Part shown: positions 58,869 through 62,000 of the stretch, piece by piece
How the letters are laid out: each line of letters opens with the position of its first letter
Numbering within the stretch: the stretch's first letter is position 1
DNA from: Wallemia ichthyophaga EXF-994
Lineage: Eukaryota; Fungi; Basidiomycota
Length of the DNA: 62,000 nucleotides
Assembly (NCBI RefSeq): GCF_000400465.1
Contig: NW_008806276.1
Coordinates: forward strand, 144,001-206,000
Reading direction: 5' to 3'
Program-made: the position numbers and the translations under genes
Notes under the pieces: model-generated
Databases searched by the model: none
What the model was told of the DNA's origin: nothing
What the model saw: only the letters and a program-made list of their open reading frames with translations

Positions 58869-60457
58869 ATGGACTACAGGAAGACGCTGCCGTTGCCGCA
58901 AACGTTTTCCCATAAAATAGGCTACTCCCAAGATTCAAAATATTTTAAAAGCTTCAAGTCAACTTTCGTCAAGGAGTTTGCGCCTATAACCAGCGTGAGC
59001 TTCTCACCAAGCACGCCGCATAGATTTGCAGTGACATCTGCCACCCGAGTACAGATATATACGCCTAGATCGCAGTCGGTGGTGAAGACGATCAGCAGAT
59101 TCAAGGATGTTGCCAGGTCTGGTCAGATCCGTGGTGATGGTCGATTGGTTATAGCGGGCGACGATTCTGGTTTGGTGCAGGTGCGAGAAGATTGCGCGTA
59201 TTAATTACTCAGCTAATGCTCTACTTGCAGGTATTCGATATAAACTCCCGCGCTATCCTTCGTACATTCGACGACCACAAGCAGCCCGTCCATGTTACAG
59301 CTTTCCATCCTACAGAACAAACCAAAGTTCTTTCAGCTAGCGATGACTGTAGCGTGATACTACACGATATACCAACTCAGACTGCGCTTCATAAATTTGA
59401 CGAGCATTCTGATTACGTTAGGACAGCCAATTTCTCACCTTCTTCTCCTTATCTACTTGTTTCAGGATCTTACGATCACACGGTCAAACTTTGGGACACA
59501 AGAATGCAGCAGTCGGCCATGACCATGTCGACTGGTGGCTTACCAGTCGAATCCACATGTTACTTACCTGGCGCAGAGTCCATTGCGTCTAGCTCCGGTC
59601 CTATTGTGCGTATCTGGGATATCATGGCAGGTGGCAGATGCAGGAAAGCGTTCAGTAATCACCAGAAGGCTGTCACATCGCTATGTGTTGATGGTGATGA
59701 GAAGCGTTTGCTGACTGGTAGCTTAGACCAGATGGTGAAAGTGTACGATTTGGAGAGTCTCAACGTTACGCATACGATGCGTTTCCCTGCTCCTGTATTG
59801 TCAATAGCTATGTCGCCGGATAACATTAATCTCGCAGCTGGATTGTCGGACGGTACGCTTGCTATTCGTAGACGTCAAGCTAAGGGTGTAGAAGTCGCTG
59901 AAAAGATTGCTGAGAAGGAGGCTATGAAATCTGGTTTGTATGAGTACATGCAGGAAGCGCAAACTGTAAAACCCGTAACGCAAACCAGCGTCAAATCAGA
60001 GGGTAATCTTGCACACGACGAGTTTAAGATAGAACCAATTAGAAGATTAAAATTGAAAGAGTTTGACAAATATCTCAAGAAGTTCCAATATTCTGAAGCT
60101 TTAGATGTGACGCTAGCGAAGAAAGCTGCGCCTACAACCTTATTTGCGTTGTTACTCGAGTTGATCAATAGGAATGGATTGAAACAGGCTGTATCTGGAC
60201 GCGACGATATTGGTCTTGAGCCACTTGTTTCTACACTAGTTAAATGGATAGTCGATCCACGGTTCACTGATATAGCTGTAGTTGTCGCATCTACTATTAT
60301 AGACATATATGGAGACGTAGCTGGACAATCTGAGCTTATTGACAATCTTCTCAACAAACTGCGCAAGAAGGTTGACGACGAAATCAACGTACAGACGGAT
60401 TTCATGAATGCTAGAGGTGCTTTGGATATGATATTTGCACAATCAACACTTAGATAG
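58869..60457 (+). CDS. UTP15: U3 snoRNA-associated protein Utp15 (WD40 plus C-terminal domain); one intron
   Basis: FAVTSATRVQIY, AGDDSGLVQ|VFD, HSDYVR, SGSYDHTVKLWD, LLLELINRNGL. Confidence 0.92.
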
Positions 60458-60497
60458 ATTTGATCATAATTTATTGTAATTTATATATACAAACACT

Positions 60498-62000
60498 TTA
60501 CAAACTACTCACATATTCGATGAGATGTTCCACAATTTCACGTTGTGTGGGTGATCCATCGTTATTTGAAGGTTGTTCGCCCATGTTATCAGCGTACTCA
60601 TGTAGAATAGATGTAACATCCTTGAATGACACTCCGCGACGGTTGAGGAGCAACTCAGTGTGGTCTTTGATTCCGTCGTCTTCCATCACTAGCCAGGCCA
60701 AAACGTAGTCTGATAGCTGCAAGGTAAACAACCCATCTTCCAATCTACCTAGGTAGGCCTCGTCTTCTTCTATATCCATCTGACTATCCTGTTCAATGCG
60801 TACTTTCACTCTACTCGCAGCGTTTTCACGAATCTCCAACAATCTATCAACTTTCTCGTAATCATTCTCGACAAACTTGGTTAACAAACGAACTCTGCCG
60901 AGTGTGTCTGATCCCAAGTTGGAAAATAATGACACTAGTATACCCAAAAGATGTTCTTCCTGTTCTTGTACCGATACAGCTCCAAGTGCGCTCTTCTTAT
61001 GAGGAACTTTATTCATGAATGCACCAAATAAGCTTGTCAGCCCATTGGCTTCGATAAATGCTTCACTATTGAGTGAGCCTTCTGGTCCTGACATGGCATG
61101 ATCTAATGTCTTGATAGCGCGTGACCTTGACATCAACTTCTCCTGTGCTATCAGTACCATCAAGTCGACTCCTTCCGCATCCTTGAACTGAACCTTTGCG
61201 AGTGGTTCGGCCAGCACTGTACAGAGTGCGTTATAAGCGTTCTCCAGAAACTCCAATTCTTCAGCATCTTTGGGGTCTTTTTTCATATAGTGCTGAATTG
61301 TGTTGTGAGTGTTTTTGATGGATATTTTATATTCAACCCACCGACAACGACTGCAGAATACTATCAAGACCATCTTTTTGCTCCAACACGGCCATTCTAT
61401 TCTTAGACGAATCCTGTAGCACGATAGCTAGGATTTCTGACGCGTATTGCTTATTCTGGTCGTACTCTACACGAGTGATGCGCTTGAGCAACCAAGGTAA
61501 TATGTTGGTGGATGAAATCAGCACCTCTGCCAGCTCTGGCCTGAGTGAAATCAAATTCTCAAGTAAAGCGAGAGTATGATAAACACCCTCGACATCGCTA
61601 TCTTGATCCTCGTTCAATCTCTTCAGATTAGATACCAGTAATTCTAATATCTGAAGCTGTAGGATGGTGTCTACGAATGAGTTAAGATGAATTCTACCCT
61701 GATCAACGTCATCTACGGCATCCAAGATATCCTCATCAGTCAACTCCTCTAGCACTTCGACCACATCAAGCGAAATATCTGTATTATCATGAGATAACAA
61801 ACCAACCAGCTGCTCCGTTGCGCCAGTGTTGATAAGCTGTGGATAGGATATAGATGGATTCTGTGCGAAAGTTTTGAGTTGATGTAACGCGCTATCCAGA
61901 TCAGCCTCTGAGTCAATAAATTGATGTGGATCGTCTGGGTATTTACCTCTAAGCTGAGTATTTTTGCTAATGACTCGCTCTAATTGCTGTAGCTGCTTCT
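60498..62000 (-). CDS. CTNNBL1: Beta-catenin-like protein 1 (spliceosomal Prp19 complex); 5' end beyond the window
   Basis: LSHDNTDISLDVVEVLEELTDED, NKQYASEILAIVLQ, DPKDAEELEFLEN, EGVDLM, ENDYEKVDRLLE, GLFTLQ. Confidence 0.92.

Noticed and set aside
1-62000. CRISPR arrays, rRNA, spliceosomal snRNAs
   Set aside because: Eukaryotic DNA; no repeat-spacer arrays, and no rRNA or U1/U2/U5/U6 signature motifs were recognised by eye

Overview
This is a very compact, intron-containing fungal genomic segment with introns of about 45-60 nt and tiny intergenic gaps. Gene content, compaction and the hydrophobin style point to a basidiomycete, probably Wallemia (inference). It holds about 37 protein-coding genes, mostly housekeeping: DRE2, Ngl2/Angel-like, EFR3, LAMMER kinase, AOS1, a DHDPS-family aldolase, VPS45, a METTL21-like methyltransferase, Borealin/Nbl1-like, TMA17, GYP7, RMD5, SEC2, OST3/6, SNRNP27, aprataxin, RPL16, MDM31, RPS3, a TTL-family protein, STM1, DPH4, two tandem sphingoid-base kinases, tricalbin, Rab5, YHM2, an Mtr-type permease, DBR1, GCDH, TCTP, UTP15 and CTNNBL1. 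An accessory island at about 45-50 kb carries a class I hydrophobin, an F-box gene, two non-LTR retroelement remnants and two tRNA loci. The standout is an apparent circularly permuted tRNA-Arg(ACG) gene at 45968-46044 (- strand). Its 3' half precedes its 5' half, the break is exactly at position 37/38, a Pol III terminator follows the 5' half, and an extra A-box-like element lies upstream. I know of permuted tRNA genes in algae, nucleomorphs and an archaeon, but not in fungi. Both retroelement remnants sit head-to-head just upstream of tRNA genes, suggesting tRNA-targeted LINE integration. All exon boundaries were inferred by eye.
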